NCBI RefSeq assembly: GCF_036321535.1
Contig: NC_087437.1
Coordinates: 51,028,001 to 51,092,000, forward strand
Length of the DNA: 64,000 nt
Reading direction: 5' to 3'
Origin: Camelus dromedarius
Lineage: Eukaryota
Shown one piece after another: positions 51,181 to 64,000 of the stretch. Numbering within the stretch: the stretch's first letter is position 1; each line of letters opens with the position of its first letter. The notes under the pieces are model-generated. The model was not told the origin of the DNA. It ran no database searches and was given only the letters and a program-made list of their open reading frames with translations. The position numbers and the translations under genes were made by a program.

Positions 51181-52519
51181 GTGAGTATCCAGTTGAATTG
51201 TCTTATTTTCAGTCATCCATTTATGGTAATACTCTGGCATACTCTTATTATCACAGCGTTACAGTAGGAATAAGGGATTTTTTTCCCCCACACTCTTAGT
51301 TGTTTTAAAAGTAAATGAAGTTTCAGAGACTTGAGTCTACTTCAGTGTGTCTGCTAATCTTCGACATAGAATAAAATTTTGCTTGGTAAAAAATTTGAAG
51401 ACATGAACTTTTACACAATTGGTTTGTTTTATCTAGCATGTAAGTGTGGATAAGTTTGGAGGAACTTTTGACTTCTGACCTAGTCCTATCCCTGGGGCCT
51501 TCCTAATTCCTAAAAATGTTTAATTGCCCCAAATTGAAATGTTTTAAATTTGTAACAAAAGGTTGTAGAGTAGGTCTTGAAGGCAGAGTTCCTCCAAGCT
51601 AAAGGGCTGTCTCTTTGACAGTCTGATCTCGTGCTTTCTTGTGGGAGTGTCATCATTTCTGTCAAGTATCTAGGAATGGATAAAGACATAAATCTTCAAA
51701 CACAGTAATAATGTTACTTCCTCATAAAGCCTTATTTGCCCTTCTCCTCCTCATTGGGTACTTCCTCTGTGCTCTCTTGTCATTTTTATCATGTTATATA
51801 ATCATTTCCTGTTTTCATATATTTTTTCAAAATCAGACTGGAATGTCTTTGGGAGTAGAAACTATGTCTTGTTTGTTTTCGTATCTTTTAGTAGTTGGTG
51901 TTCAGTACATATTTGATTAATGAATAAATTGATATATTTATGAAAATTGTAATTAGATTCAATTATTGAAAATAAAAGATTCAGAATTACAGTAAGTTTC
52001 TGGGGGTGGGGGATCAGATGTGGAGAGAATCTTCCAAGTCCCAGTTAATGGACCACTAATAACCAACAAGAAGTGTATTAAATTCCAAGGTAACAAAAAC
52101 GAAGATTCTCAATGATGTATGTGGTAATATTTAAGTAGAACTAAAAGACCTGGATTATGGAAATTCAGTTTCTGTTTTATGGATTATTTTAGAGTTAACA
52201 TGAATTCAACTAAGGGGACTAATGTGAAGTGTTAGAATTGTGGTCTCAACTACAGCACAATATAGGTCAGCCTAGAAAATGCCAAAACTAGAAATTCAGT
52301 AGACCCACTAGGCCATGAGAAGATTGAGGAGAAACAATCATTGACATTTTCAAACAATTATAGTCCAATTTATAGGTTTTGTTTTGTTTTGTTTTTTTTA
52401 AAAGACCAGTTAGAACTAAAATACTGATTAACCATGAATTTTAAGTAGAGAAGAATGATTGGCATGAAAGTTAAAAAATCCTTATTTGTTCTGGAAAAGT
52501 GTAAAAATTATTGATTTAC

Positions 52520-53888
52520 TTTAGATTAAAAGAATAGACATAGAGATGTAAACTTTAAAAGTAGTAACAGGTGGAAGGGAATTGAATGAAAAAAGGGAAA
52601 AAAACCTGATTCCAAAAGATGGCAAAGAGGGGCAGGAGGAGGGATGTCGAGAAGGAAAAATACAAAACAAATAGTATAAAATAATTTAATAACAATACAT
52701 TTAAATGTATCAACAATCATAAAAATGCACATGGATATAACTATCTAGTTAAAAGAAATTATTTTATTGAGATAAAATATCATCTTTATGCTAATACATT
52801 TGAAAATTTAGGTGAAATGGAGAATTCCTAGAAAAATACTACTTAAAATGACTCAAAAAAGGAAAAACCTTGAATAGTTTTAGAACTACTAAGTCAATTT
52901 AATTATTGATTTTAAAAACATTTTCTTCACAAAACCAAATTACCACGAGATTGCCTTGAAGTCTGAGTGAACAGCTAATTCCAATTGCATACAGAATCTT
53001 CTGGGGGTAAAGAGACAACATTTGTTAACTTACGTTATGAAGGTCCCATAACTTTGTTAATAAAGTCAAATAGGGAGTTCATTAGAAAAGGAAAATTGTA
53101 GGACATTGACATTCATGAATATAGATGCAAAAATACTGAATAAAGTCATTAGCAAACTAAAGTCAGTAACTATAGAAATGACAATACTTCATGACCAAAA
53201 AAATACGTTTGAATTAGCATTAGAAATCAGTAAGTATAATAACCACATTAACAGATTGAAAGAGATAAAACATTATGATCACCTCAAAAGATGCAGAAGT
53301 AATATTTGACAAAATTTAGTGTTTATTTGTGATAAACCCTCATGGCAAATTTGGAGTTTAGTTAACTCAGGTAAAGAATATCTTCAAAAAATCTGCAGCA
53401 AATATCGTACTTAATGGTGAAATATTAAATGCTTTCCCTTTAGGGTCAGGAACAAGAGATACTTGGTATCACTACTCCTATTCACCATTGCACTTGGAGA
53501 TACTAATGGGATAGTCAGATAAGACAATTTTAAAGTATAAAGATTAGAAAAGAAAGAAAAATCTAAAACAATTTTTGACAGCTTTAGAGTTAATGAGAGC
53601 TTAGCAAGATTATTGAATACAGTACTAGTACACAGAAGTGGACTGTTTCTGTATGACAGACTTAGAAAACATTAAAAAGATACATTTACTATAGTAATAA
53701 GAATACAATGTAATAAATAAAAGATATACTCGTCTTTCATGAAAATGTATAAAAATTTTATTAAAAGACATGAAAGAACTAAATAATTAGAGTAATAAAC
53801 CATGTTCATGGATAAGAAGGCTCAATATTGTGCTGATAACACTTCTCCCCAAGTTGATACGTAGATAATCCGATTAAAATCCCAACAG
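52520..53888 (+). mobile_element. Old LINE-1 ORF2 fragments
   Basis: Peptide MNIDAKILNK in ORF 53106-53309; gtaataaaccatgttcatggataagaaggctcaatatt. Confidence 0.75.
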
Positions 53889-54524
53889 GGCCCAGGCTAG
53901 CATTTATGGACGTGCAGAGTGAAGACTGCATATGAATACTCCTGAAGGAAAACTAGGTTATGCAGTTTGGCCCACTGTATTACTAAGGATAACCATAGGC
54001 ATAGATGACCATGTAGAAGGCCATGACTGTATTCTCCAACAGAAAGTAATAAGGGGGCCTTATGAAATAAAGACAGAACCTCAAGAGGGAGGGCTAAGGA
54101 TTCTAGGTTTACCGTGGTCAATACTTAAGGGAATGGCTTGTTTTGGCTTTCAAAATGCAAGAGACCAGTTCCAACCTTCTTGGCAGCAATGAGTAGGAAA
54201 AAGAAGAGTCTAAAGTTCTAGCACTTCAGAATGTGAATGAAATCAACTCAAAGACTAGAGTTTCCCTAACCTAGGAATAAAATATGCCAATTTATTTCTA
54301 CCTCATGTACTCACTTAGCAGGAAAAAAGCAAAAATTTTTTTTAAATTGTATGATGACAATCCGAAAACAAAACAAACTTTAAGGGAATGCCCCTTAGAC
54401 CAAAAAAAGTTGGTTTTGTTTGTTTGTTTGTTTTTAATTTTAACTGCAAAGACTCATTTTGTTTGGTAAGGTGGTAGAGCTGTTAAATATTGCTGGAATC
54501 TTAGGGTTTTTTTAATTGAAAAAA

Positions 54525-57500
54525 TTTTCAGCTTTATTAAGATATAATTGACAAAATTGTAAGGTATTTAAAGTGTACATTATGATTATTTATATGTATA
54601 CATTTTGAAAGGATTCTTGTGAAGTTAAATAACATCCATCATCAGCTCACATACTATCTTTTTTGTGTGTGAGATAACATTTAAGTTCTATTCTCTTAGC
54701 AAATTTCAATTATACAATACAGTGTTATCAATGACAGTCACTGTTTTATACATAGATTTTCAGACCTTATTCATCTTATGGCTGAAAGTTTGTACCCTTT
54801 TACCAACCTCTCTCTGTTTCCTCCGCCCATCAACCCCTGACAACCATTTTTCTACTCTGCTTCTATAAGTTTGACTTTTTTTAAGATTCCACATATAAGT
54901 GATACCAAGCATTATTTGTCTTTCTCTGTCTGTCTTATTTCACTTAGAATAATGCCCATCTGTGTTGTCACACATGGCAGGATTTCCTTTTTCCTCATGG
55001 CTGAGTAATATTCCTCTGTGTGTGTGTGTGTGTGTGCATCATGTCTTTATTCATCCATCTGTTTTTAAAAATTTTTTGGTTTAATTGACCTAACGTTGTG
55101 TTAATTTCAAGTATGCAGCAATCTAGTGATTCAATATTTTTATACATTGCAAAATGATTACCACGATGAGTCTAGTTATCATCTGTCACCATAGCTATTT
55201 GTTACCCCGTACCTTACATGACTTACTTATTTTATAACTGAACATTTGTTCTCTTAATCTCCCTCACCTTTTTCCCTCATTCACCAACCTCCATCCCCTC
55301 TGGCAACCACCAGTTTCTTCTCTGTATCTGTGAGTCTTTCTGTTTTGTTATGTTTGTTTTCTTGTTTCGATTTGTATATTTCACCTATATGTGATATCAT
55401 ACAGTATTTGTCTTTCTCTGACTTGTTTCACTTAGCATAATACCATCTAGGTCCATCCATGTTGCAAATGGCAAGACTTCATTATTTTTAATTACCAAGT
55501 AATATTCTATTTTATGTATATACTGCATCTTGGTGCCATTCATCTGTACATGTAGGTTGCTTTCATAGCTTGGCTATTGTAAATAGTGCTGCAATGAACA
55601 TAAGGATGCATATATCTTTTTGAATTAATGTTTTGAATTTGTTTGGAAAAATACCCAGAGGTGGAATTGCTTGATCATTAAAGCCATTCTGACAGATGAG
55701 GTGGTATCTCATTGTAGTTTTGATTTGCATTTCCCTGATGATTAGTGGTGCTGAGCATCATTTCATGCGTCTGCTGGCACATCTGTATGTCTTCTTTGGA
55801 AAAATGTCTTTTCAGGTCCTCTGCCCATTTTTTAATCAGGTTATTTGTTTTTTGATGTTGAATTCTATGAGTTCTTAGTTCTTAACCCCTTATCACAGAT
55901 ATATCATTTGCAAATACCTTCTCCCATTCAGTAGGCTGCTTTTTCATTTTGTTGATAGTTTCCATTGATGTGCAAAAGCTTTTTAGTTTGATGTAGTCTC
56001 ATTTGTTGATTTTTGCTTTTGTTGCTCTTGCCTCTGAAGACATATTCAAAAAAAAAAATACTGCTGAGACTGATGTCAAAGAGCATACTGCCTATGTTTT
56101 CTTCTAGCAGTTTTATGGTTTCAGGTCTTACAGTTAAGTCCTTAATCTATTTTGAGTTTATTTTTGTATATGGTAGAGAAAGTAGTCCAGTTTGATTCTT
56201 TTGCATGTAGCTGTCCAGTTTTCTCAGCGCCATTTATTGAAGAGACTGTGTTTTTACCCATCACATATTCCTGCCTCCTTTGTTGTAGGTTAATTGACCA
56301 GTAAGTGTGGGTTTATTTCTAGGCTCTCTATTCTGTTCCATTAGTCTATGTCTGTTTTTATGCCAGTACCATGCTATTTTGATTACTGTAGCTTTACAAC
56401 ATATATTCATTCATCTCTTGACAGACAGTTAGGTTTCCATGTCTTTAGCTATTGTAAATAATGCTGTAGTGAACATGGGAGTGCATCTCTTTGATATCCT
56501 GTTTTCATTGTCTTTGCATGTGTACACAGAAATGGGGGTAGTTGTGTTTTAAATTTTTGAGGAGATTCCACAGTGGCTGCATTTGTATTCCCACCAACAG
56601 TGTGCAGGTGTTCTCTTTTCTCCATGTTCTCACCAGTACTTGTTGTCTCTTGTATTTTTTTTTCAAACTGTATTTCTTTATTAGATTTACTCTTGTATTT
56701 CTGATAACAGCCATTCTAACAGGTGTAAGGTGGTAATTCATTATGGTTTTGATTTGCATTTTCCTGATGATTAATGATGTTGAATACCTTTTCATGTACC
56801 TGCTAACCATTTGTGTGCCATTGGAAAAATGTTTATTCAGTTCCTCTACCTATTTATAAATCTTTTCTTTTTTGCTATTATGTGAGTTCTTCATATATCT
56901 TGAATATTAACCCATTATCAGATACATGATTTTCAAGTATTTTTTCCTATTCCATAGGTTGCCTTTTCATTTTGTTGATAGTTTCCTTTCCTGTGCAGAA
57001 ACTTTTTAGTGTGATGTAGTTTCACTTGTTTATTTTTGCTTTTGTTGCCTCTGTATTTGGTGTCAAATTCAAAAAATCATTGCCCATACCAATGTTGGGG
57101 AGCTTAATATCCCTTATATTTCCTAGGCATTTTATGATTCCAGGTCTTAAATTTAACTTGTTAATCCATTTTGAGTTGATTTTTGTGTATGTAGATAGAG
57201 GTCCAATTTAATTCTTCTCCATGTGGCTGTTCTAGTTTTCCCAACATTTATTGAAGAGGCTATCTTTTCCCCATTGTATATCTTAGCTCCTTTGTCATAA
57301 GTTAACTGACCATAAGTATGGGTTTATTTCTGGTCTTTCTATTTTGTTCCATTGATGTACATGTCTGTTTTTATGCCAGTCCATCACTTTTGATTATTAT
57401 ATCTTTGTAATACAGTTTGAAATCAGAAGGTGTGATGCCTCTAGCTTTGTTTTTCTTTCTCAAGATTGGTTTGGCTATTGAGGATCTTTTATGGTTCCAT

Positions 57501-59270
57501 ACAGATTTTAGGATTGTTTTTCTGTATCTGTGAAAAATGCCGTTGGAATTTTGATAGGCATTGCATTGAATCTGTAGATTGCTTTGGGCAGTATGAACAT
57601 TTTAACTATTCCAATCCATGGGCACAGAATATCTTTCTAATTACTTGTGTCATCTTCAGTTTTTTTCATCACTGTCTTATAGTTTTCAGTGTACAGATCT
57701 TTTGCCTCCTTGGATAAATTTATTGCTAAGTGTTTTACTGTATTGATGCTATTGTGAATGGAATAATTATCTTAATTTCTCTTTCTGATAGTTTGTTGTA
57801 AGTGTATAGAAACACAATTGATTCTTTTATGTTGATTTTGTATCATGAACTCTGCTGAATTCATTTATTAGTTCTAACAGTTTTGAAGTGGAGTCTAGGT
57901 TTTTCTGTATATGGTAATTTGTACAAATAAAGACAGTTACTTCTACCTTTCCAGCTTGAATGCCTTTTATTTCTTTTTCTTGTCTAATTTCTTTTTCTTG
58001 TCTGGCTAGGACTTCCAGTACTATGTTGAATAAAAGTGGTGAGAGTAGGCATTCTTGTCTTGTTCTTGATTGTAGAGGAAGAGCTCTCAGCTTTCCACCA
58101 TTGAGTATGATGTTAGTTGTGGGCTTGTCATATTCTACCTTTATTATGTTGAGATATACTTCCTCTATACTCTGTTTAGAGTTTTTATCATAAATGGATG
58201 TTGAATTTTGTCAAATGTTTTTTCTACATCTAATGAGAAGATCATGTGATTATTATCCTTCATTTCGTTAAGGTGGTATGTCACATTGATTTTCAGATAC
58301 TGAAATCATCCTTGCATGCTGGAATAAATCCCACTTGATCATGGTATATGATATTTTTAATGTACTGTTGAATTCCATTTGTTAATGTTTGTGGAGGAAG
58401 TTTGTGTCTACATTTATCAGGGATATTGGCTTCTAATTTTCTTTTCATACAGTATCCTTATCTAGCTTTGGTAACAGGGTAATCTTGGCTTCATAAAATG
58501 AGTTTAAGTGTTCTCTTCTGTTCTTTTGAAAGAGATTGAAGATTGATATCAGTTCTTTAAATGTTTGTAAAATTCACCCTTTAAGCCATCTGGTTCTGGA
58601 ATTTACTTTGTTGGGAGGTTTTGTTTACTGATTTAATCTCCTTACTAGTAATTCTGTTCTGATTTTCTGTTTATTCATGATTCAGTCTGTGTAGGCTGTA
58701 TATTTCTAAGATTTATTCATTTCTTCTAAGTTGTCGAATTTTTTGGCATGTAATTGTTTATAGTCTCTTGTGATTCTTTGTATTTGTGTGGTATAAGTTG
58801 TAGTATCTCCTATTTCATTTATAATTTAATTTATTTGAGCCCCCCTTCTCTCTTTCTTGGTAAGATTTGTCTGTTTTGTTTATCTTTTCAATAAAACCCA
58901 ACTCTTAGTTTTTTTGATCTTTGTATTGTGTTTTTAGTCTCCAATTTATTTCTGCTCTGATCTTTGTTATTTCCTTCCAACTACTGACTTTGGGCTTAGT
59001 TTGTTTTTCTCTTTCTAGTTCCTTGGAGTGTAAGGTTAACTTGTTTGAGATCTTTCTTTTTCTTAATGTAGGCATTTATCACTACAGACTTCCTTCTTAG
59101 AACTGTTTTTGCTGCATCACTTAAGTTTTGGTATGCTGTATTTCCATTTTCAGTTGTCTCAATATATTTTTTTTATTTCTTCTTTCACCTATTGGTTGGT
59201 CAGTAGTATGTTGTTTAATCTCCACATATGTGTAAATTTTCCTGTTTTCTTCTTATAATTGATTTTTAAT
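54525..59270 (-). mobile_element. LINE-1 (~3.4 kb) with a nested second L1 at 55064-56403
   Basis: Continuous antisense L1 3' UTR/ORF2 motifs; two copies of the same ORF2 segment; TSD at 55048-55063 and 56404-56419. Confidence 0.9.
55016..55036 (+). repeat. (TG)n microsatellite
   Basis: ~10 TG units. Confidence 0.85.
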
Positions 59271-59283
59271 CTTGTTTTAGTAG

Positions 59284-59496
<213 letters not shown>

Positions 59497-60114
59497 TAAG
59501 CACACTTGAGTTATTAAACCTGAGAAGTACAGATTTATTGGAGTGGAAGAAAAGTGATTCAACTTGAGAACACTCCCTTGAAATTCTTGTATTATTAATA
59601 ATTTACTCAGCTTTGGCTTTTAGTCACAATATAGGTTTAGCTCTAGTTCCATCTTGCAGATTTCTGTCTCACTAAACAGGCACCGTCTCCTCCTGTCAGG
59701 TTGTTACTAGCTGAATTACATTAGTTGATTCTGCTCTCCTCTGGAAATAGCTTAACTTATTTATATAGATACAGATGAATATAAAAATGTTACTGCTTTT
59801 TATGATTATCAGAATATAGCAGAATTAAATACAGGATTCTAACATTACCAAAATACTTAATGTTGAAAGTTCCCCATGATCTCATCCTCTCAGAAGTTAC
59901 CCATAGTGATATTTTAACTGTGTATCATTAACCTAGTATAGTTGTTGGATTTCATTGTTGTTGGTTTTGTTATTTGACAAAGATGGAATGATAATACATA
60001 TAGTGTTCTGAAATTTATTTCATTTAGGTGTATTCTTTACATCTTTATGTGATGTTACGTATCACATATACATTCATTATATGAATGTATTGTGAAGTGG
60101 TTGTCATATTTTAT

Positions 60115-60400
60115 CAGTGGAATCTCCTATAGCCTCAACTCTCTTCAGAACATTCCCTCCATTCCTCATTGTTAAATAAAACATGGCTATCTCCTGGGAA
60201 CACCTCTTCTCCTGGGAACACCTCTTCTCCTGAGAACAACTTTCAAGTGGCAGCTGTTTTTTTTTCTCTCACATACCGTGTACCATTGGGTCTAGGCGTG
60301 GGGCGCATGTCTTTCTTGCTCGTATTTGTGGCTTTCAGACCATTTTTTCCCTTCTTCTCCCAAAAAAACTCCTTTGAAGCATTGTAAAACTTTTACACTG
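60115..60400 (+). mobile_element. LINE-2 ORF (endonuclease-region) remnant with internal 18-bp tandem repeat
   Basis: Resembles recalled L2 body sequence; ctcctgggaacacctctt x2.7 at 60191-60240. Confidence 0.5.
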
Positions 60401-63264
60401 ATTGATTCTCTCATGTAAACATGGATCTGATGCTAGATGCTGTTGATAATTTTGATTCCTGTACCAGTATTATACTATTTTAATTGTTTTGCTTTATAAT
60501 GTATTCTGATATCTGGTAGAATATGTTCCCCTGATTATTATTCTACAGTTTTTTCCTTGGCCATTCTTGAGTAAGTATGTTGTTCCAGATTACTTTAGAA
60601 TCTAAGTGTCAAGTTATGGATTGAAACTGCATTGAATTAATGATTAATTTTCACTTTTTTTAATGGTATTAGAGCTTTCTATCCTGTCTACCCAGGAGAA
60701 TCAATCAATCTAAAAGTTTTCCAATGCAAACAAATTTTTTTTCTTTTACTATTTATAAAACTCCCTTCATTTTCTTGACATATTTCACCGGATAGAACTT
60801 CAGAAAAGTGTTGATACTTTGTTTTATACATTGTAGAGTCTGATAAAGGAGCAATTTCATTCTTAGACTCTTAAAACTATAGTGTTGAAAAGTCCTCATC
60901 TGTGATTTTGTTTCAGCCTTTACCTGATTCGTGAAACCTTTCAGAAATGCCTGATACAGCTTGTCTAGCCTCACCTAGAATTCCACTTGTGACCTAGACT
61001 TGTTTTCTTTGCCAGGGATCCTATCTTCCTGTTGTCTGTCTTCTTCATTTACACACCTGCATGCATATATGCGTATGTACGTACACACACACAGTGTGGC
61101 TGTCTTTCTAAAGGGCTGCCGTTTATCCTTCAAGACACAACTCAGAGGTTACTTTCTCAATGAATCCTTCTTTGCCCTACTTTCTTAAAGGGATTAAATT
61201 ATAATAAATGATTGTTTACTGAAATTCTTGGGATAGTAAGAATATTTTGTAGTTTTAAGTTGGCTTATAGAGTAGCAGTATTTTCTGAGTTTAGATACCC
61301 TGACTCCAAATTAACCCAGTGTTCTAATACAGATATTTTTTAGTGAGAGTGTTAGAAAATAGATGAGTTTAAAAAGTACTGTCTATAAAATTGTAAATAA
61401 TAAAAAGAATATATTTTAATGTCTAGGCCAGCAAGTAATTCTCTTATATAGTTTTTTTTACAAGAAGCATACTGTCTTGGACAGTCTTAGGAGTAGTTTT
61501 TATTTAACATAAAGCATGTGAAGCAGTTAAAAAATGTATAAATCGTATTTTTTATTGATGATAAATATCTGAATTGCCGCCATGGGATTAAAAATTCATT
61601 ACATAAAATCCTTAATACTTAATGGTGCAAATCAATGCCTGTTTTATTTCTTAGTTCTCATCCTAAGAATTGAAATTTGTAAAATACATTAATTTCCTTT
61701 AAATTGTAGAAGAGTATCATGCAATAATATATGAAATTGTATTTGCTGAGAAATCTTTACTAATCTTCAGTTAAAGGTGGCAAATCACACTTATTAGGAT
61801 GTGTTGTAACAGTCTGAGGAAATCCTAGGAAAAGATTATACTGTACCTGCTCTTCACATTTCTCTTTCATCTTACACATCTGGAGTTTCTTCTGTTGATT
61901 GTAAATTAACTTTGTTTTGTGAAATTTATGAGGTTTCTTTCACATTAATGAAATAATAAATAACCCTAATAGTTATTTTCTTTCTGGTCCCTGCCACTCT
62001 GACAGTATTGTGTAAATTGTCTGTGGTTATACATCTGACCAGTTAGTTTTTCACTGCCTATGAATCATACCATTACGACATACTTTTCCTAAGAGCGTAC
62101 TTTTCCATACTTTATTAACTACAGGGTTATGATTTTTAAAATAGATACTTGCTTTTGTATGCTTCTAGTATTTAAAACTCCTGGAGAAGTAATCTGTTAT
62201 GATCAACCACACCTCTGTGTTTTTCTAACAAATAATATATATAAGTCTTTCATTACACATTAATTTACATGTATGTTTCCCTTACTAGATAGAGAACTTC
62301 TTGGTGTTTGGGACCTTTTCTTAATTGTCTTTTATGTCACTAGGGTCTAGCATGGTGCCTAGCATATAGTAAATGCTCTTTTTATGTTGAGTGAATTCTG
62401 AATGTATGATGCAGGCTCTTCCATTTGTAGTTGACTGTTTGTTTGGAAATTTTTAGTTATCCTGAGCAGAGACCTTTCATATTCTTTGTGACACCACGCA
62501 GAATTATTATAATCCCTTTTCTGTATAGCTGTTGTTCAGATATTTTAAAAGCAATTGTTGGGTCTCTTTCAATCTCTTCCCAGCCAGATATTCACATTTG
62601 CTTCATTTGTCACTCATATAACTTTGTGTTCCTATGCCATTCAGGTTATATTTTCTGACACACTCCAGTTTGTCTGTATTCTTAAAATATTCTTCTTAGA
62701 ACTGAATTTTAAACTTCAGGTGTGCAACCAAAATAAAATAGGACAGAACATTAACATGTGTCCTAGATTTAATTATAACTTGGTTTTTTTTACAAGCCTT
62801 TTAAGATGTTTCTTGCATCAGGTATCTAAAGTAATGTGATGAGTAGGTGAGATCTTCTGCAACTACCTTGAAACTTGGGGTTAATCTTACCTCTGGACCA
62901 AAGCGTGTGTGTATGTACTTCATGCAGTCTGTATCTTCTCACCACAGCACATTATGAAGAACATGGATAGATTCTGCTCCCAAAGACCATCTGTTTTGCA
63001 TTTGGCCCAGTTGCTATGACCATCCTCAGCCAACTTCCTAAAAGCTATGATTATATACTTTACTTTTAGGTGCAAGACAGTTACTAAATGTATGCTAGGT
63101 TCAGGACCTATACAGGGATTGTAAAGATGGAGAACACATGGTTCCTGTGTTAGCAGACTATTCCTGCCCTTGGTGCATGAGAGACTAGACTGGGCCGGGC
63201 CCTCAAGAGAACACCCTAGTGAGTGAGCCTCGTCACAATGTTCATATCTCATTAAAAAAATAAG

Positions 63265-63460
63265 CATGGCCCTGGAGCCTGTTTTGTGAGTTTAAATCTC
63301 TGCTTCACTTGCTGCATGACCTCGGGAAGGTTAGTTATTCAGTCTCTGTGTCTCAGAGGGTATGTTTCATAGTGTGATTATAAAGACTAGATAAAATAAT
63401 AGATGTAAAGGGCTTAGAACAGTGGTTGGATCATAGTAAACAATGTAAGTGTTTGCTTCT
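63265..63460 (+). mobile_element. MIR
   Basis: aatctctgcttcacttgctgcatgacctcgggaagg...gatgtaaagggcttagaacagtg. Confidence 0.65.
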
Positions 63461-64000
63461 GCTGGTATTATACGGAACAGAATGTGTTTGCCCTGAAAGG
63501 AAAAAAACTTAATGGAATGTTTCAGGTTTTTTTGGAAGTCATGTGGAGGAAGAATTTATTTGTGATTCCAGAAAACATACTAGAACTAACATGCAGGAAG
63601 AAGATGAAATTTTTTGTAACAGAGCTGTTCAGAAGTGTAATAGAGAATCTCATTAAGTAGTGAGTTCTGGGTCACTAGAAGTGATCCTAAAAGACTGGTT
63701 GGCCATTTGAATTAATTAGTTGGGTGAGGAGTTGTACTCCATTCTGTATTTCCAGTGAAGCCATTTTTTTTAGCCCTGTATTCTGTGTTTTCCTTCTTGG
63801 TCATCAATACTTTCTACCTTCTATGAGGTATCTAGAAATATAGATGTGAGTTCAGGGGAAGCAGTCCTTTTTTGTGTGAAATACATATATTTTTTGAAGT
63901 ATGATGTTTCCATAGCTGATGTCTTGCCTCTTGGTAGGTCTTGGATTGCTTTTCTGCTTCCAAAAGTATCGTTAGGGAGGAATTTCTTATTAAAAATGTT

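Noticed and set aside
60191..60240. Direct repeats as a CRISPR-like array
   Set aside because: Head-to-tail 18-bp tandem with no spacers, in eukaryotic repeat-derived DNA
62920..63267. 115-aa minus-strand ORF
   Set aside because: Intronic, adjacent to or overlapping old repeat remnants, no recognisable motif or splice support

Overview
Mammalian (eutherian) genomic DNA, not prokaryotic. A tRNA-derived Vic-1-like SINE and the absence of recognisable Alu, B1, Bov-B, PRE-1 or Can-SINE copies suggest a camelid. The + strand carries the last coding exon and long 3' UTR of KLHL24 (~4.1-9.2 kb). A repeat-rich intergenic stretch follows (~9.8-26 kb), then a CpG-island promoter (~26.1-27 kb) and the 5' part of YEATS2: a non-coding exon 1 plus six coding exons that splice into one open frame (812 nt) reaching the YEATS domain. 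Most other ORFs in the track are LINE-1, LTR or low-complexity artefacts. The most unusual signal is a chain of splice-site-flanked, phase-compatible minus-strand segments in the non-repeat parts of YEATS2 intron 1 (~34.5-36.8 and ~38.4-39.8 kb). It may be a degenerate nested antisense gene; this is a by-eye inference and needs homology searches. Repeat family names are from recall, not from a RepeatMasker run.
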